Positions 13,177-25,210 of a stretch of 64,000 nt of DNA are shown one piece after another. The notes under the pieces are model-generated. The model did no database searches. It saw nothing but the letters and a program-made list of their open reading frames with translations, and was not told where the DNA came from. Source of the stretch: Octopus vulgaris (lineage: Eukaryota); the NCBI GenBank assembly GCA_951406725.2, contig OX597815.1, positions 92,504,001 to 92,568,000 of the forward strand. Direction: 5' to 3'. The translations under genes were made by a program, and so were the position numbers. Within the stretch, counting starts at the first letter, position 1. Every line of letters begins with the position of its first letter.

Positions 13177-13970
13177 GTCATTTAGAGATAGAAGTCCCCA
13201 TGCAATTCATCAAATCCTAATATACATCACACCATATCATAGAATTTTATTTTAATACTTACTATTTCAGTTCCAAATTTCTCTTTTACACTTGTTTCAT
13301 GAGGTGCGTGTAACGTTCCCGAGACCCTCAGTCAGAAACATGTCTTAACTGCAACCCCAATCATCAGGACTATTCGTAACTTTTTATAATTCTATAACTA
13401 TTCCTATATTTTTATATTTTATCAGTTACGAATATAACTAACAAATATGCGGGTGTGCAGATAAATTCGCCAAACCTTGCCGTGCAAGCCATAATTTAAT
13501 GAATTAAAATTTTAAAATTTACAAAACTAAATTCAAACGTGGCTTATGCCTATAAACATACATAAAAATTAATAATATGTAGGAATGAAGAAAATTATAA
13601 TAATGAAAAGAATATATAATATAGGGATGATAAAATAAACAGTGACAAAGAAATATATATTCAAATAAAAACTATAGATAAAAGTGAACGTAAACAAATA
13701 CGAATGAATGACAAAATACAAAAAGTATAAAAAGATATATAAAGAAATCTATGGAGAAAAAATTTAGAAATGATAAAATATAATAATATATAATAAGATA
13801 TGATAATATATAATAATGAGGGTTTCGGGAACATTAAATGCACCTCATGAAACAAGTGTAGAAGAGAAATTTGGAACTGAAATAGTAAGTATTAAAATAA
13901 AATTCTATGATATGGTGTGGTGTATATTAGGATCTGATGACTTGCATGGGGACTTCTATCTCTAAATAAC
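13177..13970. repeat. ~155-bp inverted repeat pair (13177-13330 / 13815-13970), probable Penelope-like inverted pseudo-LTRs
   Basis: tttagagatagaagtccccatgcaa...gttcccgagaccctca and its reverse complement; a hammerhead-like core overlaps the left arm on the minus strand. Confidence 0.7.
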
Positions 13971-13980
13971 AAATAATATA

Positions 13981-15264
13981 TTGGGTTGTCCGGAAAGTTC
14001 GTGTCGATTTTTAAAGGAAAGAAAAAGGTCAATAAATACTTGCCATTAAATTTTTAATCAATCAAATATGAACCATTTTGTTGCATAATGCGTCTCCATC
14101 TTTCCTTTAACTTGAAGATGCCCTCTTCCCGGAATTGAGGTGGTTTCATGGCAAAGAATTCATCAAGGTATCTTTTTATGTCATCCAAGGAATTAAAATT
14201 TTTACCATTAAGACTATTCTGCAGAGATCTGAATAAGTGGAAATCCAAAGGAGCAATATCTGGTGAATATGGAGGGTGGGGTAACACATCCCAGCCGAGC
14301 TGCAGCAATTTTTGTCTGGTTCCCCAAGAAATGTGCGGTCTTGCATTATCATGTTGGAAAATAACACCCTTCCTGTTGGCCAATTCTGGACATTTCTCTT
14401 GAATTACTGCTTTTAACTTGTCCAGTTGTGTGCAGTATTTCTCAGAATTAATTGTCTGGTTACTTGGGAGAAGCTCATTGTACAGAATTCCTTTCCAATC
14501 CCACCTGACACAAAGCAACACTTTTTTAGGGTGAAGACCCGCTTTTGGGGTGGCTAAAGGTGGCTCATGTCGCTTACTCCAGGATCGCTTTCTCTGAACA
14601 TTTCGGTAGATAATCCATTCCTCATCACCTGTTGGAATTTGCTTTAAAAAAGGCACGTTTTCATTCCGTTTATGAAGCGAATCACAGATGAAAATGCAAT
14701 CCAAAAGGTTATTCTCACTCAACTCATGTGGTACCCAAACATCGTAGTGATTTGTGTACCCAAGCTTTACTAGGTGGTCATGAACAATGGATTTTGATAG
14801 GTTGAGGCTTTCTGCCAATTTTTGGGTTGTGCAATGTGGGTTATTCTCAATTAATGACTTGATTTGGTCATCATCTGTAGTGGATGGCCTGCCTGATCGC
14901 TCTTTATCAATAAGGTTACAATCTCCAACTTGGAACCTTGCGAAGCACTTCTGTACAGTTCTTTTGGGTAAAGAAACATCACCGTACTCTGCGCATATTT
15001 CTTTGGTTGCTTGTGAGGCACTTTTCCCTTTATGGAAAAAGAAAAGCATCAAGTGCTGAGAATGAACTTTCTTATCTTCCATTTTAAAGGGTTACAGAAT
15101 TAACACAGGTTACAGGAACATAAACCTTCTTCCACGAAAATATAGCTTAAACTGTGCTCTAAATGGAGGTGTAATCAAATCCTATTTTATGGACTCAAGC
15201 ATGTCCTAAAATAAGTTGAAAGTTAAGCTACTATAAAGCGGCACAAACTTTCCGGACAACCCAA
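13981..15264 (-). mobile_element. Full-length mariner transposon (mellifera-like), 1284 bp
   Basis: 30-bp TIRs ttgggttgtccggaaagtt(c/t)gtg(t/c)cg(a/c)ttt with 3 mismatches; TA on both flanks; transposase ORF inside. Confidence 0.95.
14054..15082 (-). CDS. Mariner DD34D transposase, uninterrupted 342-aa ORF
   Basis: RSGRP, WVPHEL, TGDEEW, HDNARPH, YSPDIAPLD; 34 residues counted between the 2nd and 3rd catalytic D. Confidence 0.92.
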   Translation of the reverse strand: MEDKKVHSQHLMLFFFHKGKSASQATKEICAEYGDVSLPKRTVQKCFARFQVGDCNLIDKERSGRPSTTDDDQIKSLIENNPHCTTQKLAESLNLSKSIVHDHLVKLGYTNHYDVWVPHELSENNLLDCIFICDSLHKRNENVPFLKQIPTGDEEWIIYRNVQRKRSWSKRHEPPLATPKAGLHPKKVLLCVRWDWKGILYNELLPSNQTINSEKYCTQLDKLKAVIQEKCPELANRKGVIFQHDNARPHISWGTRQKLLQLGWDVLPHPPYSPDIAPLDFHLFRSLQNSLNGKNFNSLDDIKRYLDEFFAMKPPQFREEGIFKLKERWRRIMQQNGSYLID

Positions 15265-15332
15265 TAGAATATATATATATACATATATAGAGCATATGTA
15301 TATGCTTATATATAAATATATAATAATAATAA

Positions 15333-18090
15333 TCATCATCATCATCGTGTAATGTCTGTTTTCCATGCTTGCATGGGTTGGACGGTTCGACTGGGGTCTG
15401 AGAAGCCAGGAGGCTGCACCAAGCTCCAGTCTGATCTGGCAGTGTTTCTACAGCTGGATGCCCTTCCTAATACCAACCACTCTGTGAGTGTAGTGGGTGC
15501 TTTTTATGTGCCACCGGCACAGGGGCCATGCAGGGGGGAAAATTGCCACGATTGGTTGGTGCTTTTTATGTGTCACCAGCACGGACCTCCAGTCAAGGCG
15601 GCGCTGGCATTTGCCCCATTCGGTTGGTGCTTTTTACGTGCCACCGGCACAGGTATCACATCTACAATTTCCATTTGATTTTTATATTGATGTTGATGTA
15701 CTTGACTCAATAGATCTCCTCAAGCACAACAGGTCACCCTACGATCCAAGGTTAGCACAGCAAGCCGTCCTGCAAGCCATGAACTCACTTCATTTGTCGG
15801 GTCTTCGAAGTCACAGCATATCTCCAGAGGTCTCGATTTTTCGTCATAGCCTCTGTGAGGCCCAACGTTCAAAGGTCATGCTTGAGCACCTCATCCCATG
15901 TCTTCCTGGGTCTACCTCTACCCCGGATTCCTTGAACAGTTTGGGAGTGGCACTTCTTCACACATCTCTCCTCATGCATCCGTAGTACATGACAATGCCA
16001 ATACAAATGTCTCTCCTGCACGCTACATCCGATGCTTCTGATGTCCAATATTTTTCTCAGGGCACTTACACTCTGTCGTGTGTGCACACTGACATTACAC
16101 ATCCAGTGGATCATGCCAGCTTCATTTCTTTTGAGCTTACGCATGTCCTCCGCAGTCATGGCCCATGTTTCACTGCCATGAAGCATGGCAGTTCGCATAC
16201 ATACGTCGTACAATCTACCTTTCATTCTGAGTGAGAGACCCATTCTCACCAGTAGGGGAAGAAGCTTTCTAAACTTTGCCCAGGCTATTCTTATTCTAGT
16301 GGTAACACTCTCTGAGCATCCACCCCCACTACTAACTTGGTCACCTAGGTAGCAAAAACTATCAACTACTTCTAGTTTCTCCACCTGAAGTGTGATGGAA
16401 TCTGTTTTCTGAGTATCTGTGGTGTCTATTGTCCCTGTGCATCTGCCACACACGAAAGCTATCTTCTCAGTTAATATTCCTCTGATGTTGCTGCACCTCT
16501 TATGTGTCCATAGCTTACACTGGGTACATCTTATGGAGTTTCTACCTACACCTCGACAGATCGAGTAGGGCCACCTACCTGAGGGTGTGTGTGATGAGTT
16601 TGCCTTCCTACTTACTAGAACTTTGGTCTTTGCTACATTGACTCTAAGGCCTTTTGATTCTAAACCTAGCTTTCACACAGGAAATTTCTTTTCTAGTTCC
16701 AGTTGTGATTCCACTATGAGGGCCAGGTCATCAGCATAGAGGAGCTCCCAGGGGCAGCCCGTCTTGAATTCCTCAGTTATTGCCTAGAGGAATATAATGA
16801 ATAAAAGGGGACTGAGGGCTGAACCTTGGTGGAACCCTACTTCTACCTGGAATTCTTCACTATACTTATTGCCAATCCTAACCTTACTAACAGCCCCTCT
16901 GTAAAGGGCCTGTACAGCCCTTATTAACCATTCGTCAAACCCCAGTTTCCGCATCGCTCACCAGATAAGGGAATGGGGGACCCGGTCAAAGGCTTTCTCC
17001 AATTCCACAGAAGCTAAGTATAGGGGTTTATCTTTAGCTAGGTATTTCTCCTGCAGTTGTCGAACCAGGAATATGGCATCAGTGGTGCTTCTAACCGGCA
17101 CAAAACTGAACTGCGTCTCAGTTAGCAGACTCTCTCCCTGATGAGATGGGCTATGACCCTCTCCGTGACCTTCATCACCTGATCCAGCAGTTTGATACCC
17201 CTGTAGTTATTTCTATCTTGAGGATTGGCTTTACCTTTGTAGCAGTTGACTATTGAGCTGCTATGTCAGTTGTTGGGTATGGCTCCATCATGAACTAGTT
17301 AGTTTACAATGCGGGTGACTAAGCCATAGCGCACACCACCAGATGTTTTAAGCATCTCAGCAGTGATTCCTGATGGGCTGGGGGCTTTTCCTGGCTTCAT
17401 AGCCTTAAATGCTTTATCTACTAGGGTGCTGTCTATTCGGATAGCTGGTCCCTCTACTGGGTCAACATGTGGCTGGCTCTCCTCCTCCCATTCATTCTTC
17501 ACATTCAGCAGTCTTTCATAATGGCTTCTCCAAGCCTCTCTCTTTTCAGAATCATTAAAAGCAAGTGCACCATCATCCATGCGGACACATTTCTCTCCTG
17601 TAACATCACAATTTTCTCTCACACACTGTCTTGCAATCCAAAATACCTCAGTTGTGTGATTCTTACGTCGCTTGATATTGGCAAACTTCTTCTTTTCCGC
17701 TTTGCTCTTGGCTATGTATACCTGTTGCCCAGCCTCCCTTTTGGCTACCTGGAATAGTTCCTTGCTACCCCCACCTTTCCAGGCTTTCCAGGCCTGTTTC
17801 TTTGGTCTAATGGCTTTGTCTACTGCACTATTCCACCACCACATAACTCTAGGTCTGGAAGGGACTTTGCTCCAACCACAGACTTGGTCTGTGGCACTCA
17901 CTAAGTTGTCTGGTAGGATTTTCCAGCCACCTTCTATGTCCGATGTCAGTAGCTTCTCTTCCCTCTCCTCAAATTTCTTGATGAGGATGTCCCTAAATCT
18001 CTGACCATGTGAAGGGTTCTTTAGCTTCCAAATCCTTCTTTTTTGGATTGATCTTCTTGGTATCCTTCAGGCTTTGAGCCTAAAGTCATC
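15333..18090 (-). mobile_element. RTE-clade LINE, longest copy (post-endonuclease linker, RT, 3' UTR), degenerate
   Basis: WWWNSAVDKAI, KAPSPSGI, YADDL region at ~16720-16740, VDSFCYLG, GRGRPRKTW; (cat)n on the plus strand at ~15333. Confidence 0.9.
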
Positions 18091-18917
18091 GTTTGTTAGG
18101 CATGCTTCATCTGTTCTTACTTCTCACCTGACAACATTCAAGCATGTTGAAATTGTTGCCCTTACTGGAGGTAGGAGCCGGTGTTAGCAGTGTTGTAAGC
18201 ATAAGCATTATGGTCATCAAATGATGTAGATTCAAGCGATGTAGCAAAAATATGGATATTCCAATTCTAAGCTAGGAGGGAGTCAGCTGAAAGTGGTTGC
18301 GTTTGTCCAGGTAGAGGGGGATTGTAGGTAAAATGGAGGGTACCACCAGCGGGAAAGGATTCAGACAGAAAGAGGAGAGGAAACAAGCTCATTCCTATAT
18401 ATACACAAGCACACCCACACACAGGAATAAGCACACATGGGCAGCCAAATAGCTTTCTCCTCCACTTCATAAGGCCAAGGAAAATTCCTGGGTAGTAGTT
18501 GGCATGTTTCTACACAGAATGAAAATGGGACGAAAGATAGCCGGTTAGGTAGGTGGGCAGATAACCTGGTTGTGTTTGTCCCTATAGAGAGATAAAGAAA
18601 GAGAGGGAGAGAGATAGAGAGAGTGCCAGTAATATAGGGAACAGCCCAGTGAGGAGGGGGAATTGGGAAAAGAGATAACTGGTGGCAAATTTCTAGACAG
18701 AACGAAACGTAAGATGGTGAAGTTGGTGGGTGGATGAGCAGCTGGGCTGGTTGCATTTGTCCTAGGAGAGGAAGAAGTGAAGGTAATATATGGAGAACAA
18801 CCCACTGAGGAGGAGGGTGGGAGAAGGGATATCTGGTGTAGATGGTAGGACGATAGAGATATCCGGTATTGGTGGTAGAGGTGGGAAAGGGTGGGTGCCC
18901 TTTCTATATATATATAT

Positions 18918-20449
18918 TTTTTTGTAGTTTCAGCTCAGCTGTAGCCTGCTGGAGCACCACCGTTTTGCTACACTGTTATTACTTAGATCCTCCTCTAATA
19001 TGTGGCACTTGGTGAAGAATGGAGTTTGATGTAGCTACCCTCATTTGCACCTCTTGCCATGAGGTAGAGGTCCAGCCTTGATTTAAAAATGCCTACATCT
19101 ACTTTGTGCACGTTCTTCATGCTCTTTGGGAGAATATTAAAAAACTGTGGAAAGAGGTATCATCACTCATGTTGATACCCAGGTCTCTCACTAATTTAGG
19201 CTCTGGGATTGTAATTACAGTGTACACTGTGGAGCAGTGTACCCTGTAATTTTCATATTCAGTTTTGGCTGCTGTAGCACATGGCTTGGAATTTTTTAGC
19301 ATTGAAATGCATATTATTATCCTCAGCCTGTCTGTAAATTGAGTCCAACTGCTGCTGCAGATGTGCAACATTGCTGGGTTCTGTATTTTCTGTGAGACTT
19401 TCATATCATCTGTGTTGCTAGCAAGGGTGGCTATCCAGGCAATTGAGGGGATATCTGAGAGGGCCACTATGAAAAGCAGTGGTCCCAAGACAGTGCCCTT
19501 TGGGACACCGATCACTATTTGTGTTTTTATAGAGGTGGCTCCATTGGCCACTACTGCCTGACTTCTATCTTTCAGAAAGTCATGTAACCACTCTCCAAAT
19601 TTTCCAGCTATACCAAGATCATGCAGTTTATGGCATATACCATGATCCACCTTGTCAAAAGCTTTTGCAAAATCAAGGTATATTACGTCCACATTTGAGC
19701 TGTTGAGTAACTACCTCAACACCCAGTCATAATGTTGTAAGAGCTGGGTCAGGCAGCTCCTACCTGGCCGAAAACCATGCTGTGTATCACTCAGCAAGTT
19801 ATTTTCTTCAAGGAATGTGATTAGTTTTCCTCTGACTATCTCTTACATGACTTTGTTGATGTGTGAAGTCAGAGAGGTAGGCCTATAGTTTTTGGGATCT
19901 GCTCTGCTTCCTCCTTTATAGATTAGGCATATTATTCTCTCCTTCAGCTTGCTTGGCAGTCTGCCATTTTGAAGAAAGCTCTGGAAGAGAATCTGGAGGG
20001 GTTTTGCCAGGGCATGCTTACATGCTTTGAGGAGGATTGCTGGGAAACCATCAGGACCAGAAGTTGAGTTTGTGTCCACCTCATCTATGGCTAGTAATAT
20101 ATCTTCTTTGCTAATGTTGATGTATTCTATTGTAACTTCCTCGCTGGTTATAGGCGAGGCGGCAAAGAGGTCTACTGGTTCATTCTCTTGTCTGTGTTAA
20201 AACGAGGTGGTAAAGACACTTTTGAACTGGTCATTCGGTACCTCACTGATCCTGGTTGGACTATCTGTGAGGGAGCCATCCTTTTGGAAGAGTGGTCCTA
20301 TCCTGCTGTGTACTGATTCTGTTTCTTTCACATAATGAAAGAAGGCCTTTGGGTTTGGCTCAATATTTTTTGTAACCCAGGCTTCTTTGTCTGCTCTTTC
20401 TCTCACATAGGATTGTTGCAGGCTGTTTTCAATCTCCATCAGTGTTGTT
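18918..20449 (-). mobile_element. CR1-group LINE, 5'-truncated and internally deleted
   Basis: GPDGFPAILLK, NYRPTSLTS, VIYLDFAKAFDKVDH, GVPKGTVLGPLLF; same family as 35520-37548; TA runs on both flanks. Confidence 0.88.
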
Positions 20450-20494
20450 TATATATATATATATATATATATACATACATACATACATACATAT

Positions 20495-21000
20495 ATGTTC
20501 GGTTGGTACTTTTTATGTGTCACCAGCACGGGAGCCAGTCAGGCAGACCAGGTATTGACCACAATCGGATGGTACTTTTTACATATCACTGGTACAAGAG
20601 CCAGTCTGGTGGTACTGGCATCGGTCATGTTCTGTTGGTGCTTTTACATGCCACCAGCTTGGGAGCCAGTCAGACGGACCTGGCATTGACCATGTTCAGA
20701 TGGAGCTTTTTATGTGCCACTGGCATGGGAGCCAGTCACAGGTGAACTGGCATCGGTCATGTTTGGTTGGTGCTTTTACATGCCACCAGCACAAGAGCCA
20801 GTCAGGCAGACCTGGCATCAACCACATTCAGATGGTGCTTTTTATGTGTCACTGGCATGGGAGCCAGTCAGGGGGAACTATGATATTGGTTTTACTTCAC
20901 TCGACAAGTCTTCTCAAGCATGTCATATCGCACATCAGGGGTATTCTTAACAGGGTAAGATATGCAAGGCTGCGATCTCATTTTAGTTGCCAGGTCTTCA
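20495..21000 (-). mobile_element. RTE 3' UTR fragment with six ~65-bp tandem units
   Basis: Units ggtgctttt(t)acatgccaccagc...gagccagtca start at about 20504, 20571, 20637, 20702, 20769 and 20834; the same motif occurs in the RTE UTRs at 15495-15650 and 38480-38630. Confidence 0.8.
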
Positions 21001-21210
21001 ACAATTGAACATTTACTCCATTTATTATTAAAAATGTTTGCCTACTTATTAGATAATATATTATCATTGGTGGCCTCCCACTTACATTTTCACGTTTTAA
21101 AACATTAGTTTCTATAAAATGCATAAAAAAAATATCATCATGATCTGTTCGCTAATAAATTACATATGTGATAATGCATTAAGTTATAAATTTTGAGATC
21201 CCTTTACATA

Positions 21211-21255
<45 letters not shown>

Positions 21256-21291
21256 CACATGTATATACATACATATATATATGCATACATA

Positions 21292-21362
<71 letters not shown>

Positions 21363-21469
21363 GTATACACATATATACACACATATACATACATATATGT
21401 ATATATAATGTAAAAGAATCTGAAAATTCATACCGGATGCTATCCTTTTGATAGACATTACTCAAAATG

Positions 21470-21760
21470 TCTGATGATACTGCATAGAGTGTGACATAAG
21501 AGTCAATATCTTTGTCTGGTGTCTGTTTCCATGGCTGAAATTGGAATATGTGAAAAATGGTTTTCTGCTGTTTAATGATGTGATTGAAAGAAAGTATTGC
21601 AGCATTGTAGTCAGTGTTATCACTTCAGTATGGATGAAGTTGGTAAGCAGAGTCAGTCTTTGTTGTTCAGTTGAGTCTGGGAATTCAGCAAGATAATTTA
21701 GAAATGAAGGATGAAATGCCATCAAAGTGGAGTGTCTGAAGAAATTTTTTCATTGTTGTT
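21470..21760 (-). pseudogene. Degenerate Ty3/gypsy-like gag remnant
   Basis: Frame-shifted peptides MKKFLQTLHFD, FLNYLAEFPDSTEQQRLTLLTNFI and KTIF...[13 protein letters not shown] resemble (from memory) invertebrate gypsy gag N-termini. Confidence 0.4.
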
Positions 21761-22440
21761 GTATTTCACTGCAGAAATCTATATCTCTGAGCACATTCTG
21801 GCTGAATTTGTGAAAATAATTTCTGAGTTTTTGCCAAATATATTGTGATGAGAAATAGTTGCTGAGAATCAAAAGATTTAATTCAGCCAAAATGAGCAAC
21901 TTCAGTATTCAGAGCATAAAATATATGAGTCTTTATATTTATTGCAAACGACTGCTGTCAACCTTCAACTAATGTATAGCATAATGCACCAGGACTTAAA
22001 GTTGCAATAATGATTTTGTAGCACTGTTATGGTTTGTAGTAAATATACTGTGCCAGTGTACATATTGTAAATAAGTTAGATCAGTGTAGATATAGTCAGT
22101 GTTACAAATTATGGTTAGATATGTTATGTCACTGCTGCAGATATACTGCATCGCTGTCACATATTATTGTTAATTTATTGTTTTAGTGTTAAATAAGTAG
22201 AAAAGTATATTTTGTCACTATTAGTCAGATAGTATAGTAAATAACATGTCAGTCTTAAATATTGCAGTAGATATATTATGTATTCTGTCATTCTTGCATA
22301 TTGTAGTATATATATTCTGTTATTCTTGCATATTGTGAAAGATATGTCAGTGTAACATATTGTAGTCACTGTAATATGTTAGTAGCATATATTGTAATAT
22401 ATAATGTTTTGGTATTATTATAGAATATTAATATATACAT

Positions 22441-22595
22441 AGGCGCAGGTGCGGTTGTGTGGTAAGAAATTTACTTTCCACCCACATGGTTCCACGTTCA
22501 GTCCTGGTGCATGGCACCTTGGGCAGATGTCTTCTATAACCTTCAGCTAACTAATGCCTTATGTGTGGATTTGGTAGACGGAAACTGAGAGAAAC

Positions 22596-22675
<80 letters not shown>

Positions 22676-22915
22676 CATATGCATATGTGTGTATGTGTTT
22701 GTCTTTGTGCCTATGTCTGTCCCCCATCATCACTTGTGTTGGTATATTTATGTCCCTATAACTTGGTAGTTCAGCAAAGGAAACTTCTCAAATTAGTGCC
22801 AGGCTAAAAAAAAAAAAATGATGAGTACTGGGGGTGATTCATTTGACTAAAAGTTCTTCAAGGTGGTGACCCAGCATGGCCGTAATCTAATGACTGAAGC
22901 CAATAAAAGATAAAA
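22441..22915 (+). mobile_element. tRNA-derived CORE-type SINE with internal microsatellite and LINE-like tail
   Basis: Box A-like ggttgtgtggtaag, box B-like gttcagtcc, CORE-like caccttgggcagatgtcttct, internal (TA)(TG) run, tail ggtggtgacccagcatggcc...gactgaa. Confidence 0.8.
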
Positions 22916-23364
22916 AATACTTAGTGCATTCTTTAATTGATTCATTTGTAGAGATGCCACTGAAAGTTTAATCTTGTCATGTATCTTGAATAAGTCAGCT
23001 TGATGGGGCTTATTCCTCACCAAGCTATGCTATGTACAGGAGGAGCTGAACTCATTACAGTAGACAAAGGAGACTAGACCGTTTTACAGTGCTGTCATTG
23101 GTGAAAGTGTTAAGTTGTTCCTACCTTGGGGGAATCTAGCTCCAATTAGTAAGTTATATATCTTGATCACACCATAAAAACTGTAAACTGCTGACCATGA
23201 GCCACTGAGGGTGCTTCTTCTTGGTCACTTGACCTTCTAGAAAAAGTAGCCAAATATCTGTTATAGATAACATCCTGCCATCTTGAAAAAGAGAACATAC
23301 TGGACAGTATATTCAGCGATGGCTGGAATGTCATTGATTATGTATGTATGTGTGTGTTTACATG

Positions 23365-23408
<44 letters not shown>

Positions 23409-23929
23409 TGGGACAAAAACGCAAAACATCCGGACAGTTAGGTGATACAAAAATGGGACAACAAAACATCCATATATATATATATATATATATCTGATGT
23501 AATCAGGGCTGGTCTGATGTTAAACACCAATTGCATTTATAATAAATTATTGACCAGTTCTTTTTTTCTTTTGTTATGTTACTTAACCATATCTGGACAA
23601 ATGGTAGTGTCAGATGATATCTTTATTTAGAATTCTGACATAGTAAAACAACTACTGTAACAACTATTTGTTTGTATATGTTAATTTAGTTTCATCACCC
23701 CCACCACCAATACCGGATATCTCTATATTTTTGCTCCATCTATACCGGATGTCGCTTCTCCCACCACCATTATAGGTGTCTACTCTTCGAACCCCCTCTT
23801 CAATACGCTATTTCACCATGCATTACCCCTCTCTTGATATCCTACGTTCTACTTGCCTAGAACCTGTCATCATTTCTCTGAACCACCCCTCCCCACTGGT
23901 GCTCCCCTATATATTTCTGCCCCCCCCCC

Positions 23930-24175
23930 CACATAAAAGCACCATCCGAACGTGGCCGATGCCAGACCCCTCTGGCACCTGTGCAGGTGGCACGTAAAAA
24001 ACACCCACTACACTCGCGGAGTGGTTGGCGTTAGGAAGGGCATCCAGCTGTAGAAACACTGCCAGACTAGACTGGAGCCTGGGGTAGTCCCGAGCTCCCC
24101 AGACCCTGGTCGAAACCGTCCAACCCGTGCTAGCGCGGAAAACGGACGTTAAACGATGATGATGATGATGATGAT
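23930..24175 (+). mobile_element. RTE 3' UTR/tail, relatively young (CpG retained)
   Basis: ggcacgtaaaaaacaccc...ggaagggcatccagctgtagaaac...ggacgttaaacgatgatgatg. Confidence 0.85.
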
Positions 24176-24874
24176 TATTGATAAGTTTTGGAGCTAATTA
24201 AATGCTAATTAATAAAGGAATTAGTTAATCATTCATTTGGATTGAATAGAGTAATTAAATAAAAGTGAGTTACAAACAATACAGTGAAATGTTTCAATGT
24301 GTCCTGTTTTTAAGACAGTAAAGTTTGATCTGAAAGAGATTTAGCTGCTATTTCTAGCAGGTCAAATGCCTATATTGTGGGTGCTTTGTACTACAGTCAT
24401 ATTATGGTTGTATTATGCTACAGTGTTGACTATGTATATAATATTATTATACCGTGATGTTATATGTTGACTCAAACGGTAAAGTAGACATTAGCATATG
24501 TTATGTAGTAAGTCAAGAAATATAAAACTGACAAACTTAGTCATGAGAACAATAATTTCCTAATGGTTAGTTCTTGTCAAAAAGGTAGGGGAGACAATTT
24601 TGAAATTTTAATTAAATAAAATTTTATATGGAACTTAGTTGTAAGTCTGAGCTTTAGCAGCAAATTAGTTGTGTTATACCATAATAATTTTATAGTATTC
24701 AGTGATTATAACATTCTAGAATTATACTGTAGACTGGTTAAAGCATAGATGTATTATACTGTAGCTGTTCTATATCTTAGTAGTGTTATACATTTCACTG
24801 TTTATACTAAGTAGTTGCTGATATGTTAATGTTATAATGTTGTGATACTGGTTATACAAATGTATTATTCTACA

Positions 24875-25210
24875 AGTGGTGTGTGGCATCTTGAGCAAGT
24901 ACTTCTGCTATAACCCAGGGTTGACCAAACTTTTGTGAGTGGATTTGGTAGACAGAAACTGAAAGGAGCCCATCATTTAAATGTGTTTGTGTGCGTGTCT
25001 TTATGTTCGTGTTTATCCAATCACCACTTGAGAAACAGTTTTGGTTTGTATATGTACCTATAACTTCGTGGTTCAGCAGAAGAGACTGACAGAACAAGTA
25101 CCAGACTTATAAAAATAAGTACTAAGATCAATTCATTTGACTAAAACTCTTCAAGATGGTGCCCCTGCATGGCCGCAGTCCACTGACTGAAACAATTAAA
25201 AGATGAAAGA
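24875..25210 (+). mobile_element. CORE-type SINE, head-truncated
   Basis: Body and tail align with 22510-22915. Confidence 0.75.

Noticed and set aside
20495-20880. CRISPR-like regular repeats
   Set aside because: The inter-repeat parts are homologous to each other rather than unique spacers; no cas genes; part of a LINE 3' UTR in a eukaryote
22441-22510. tRNA gene
   Set aside because: Only degenerate A/B boxes of a SINE head; no complete cloverleaf
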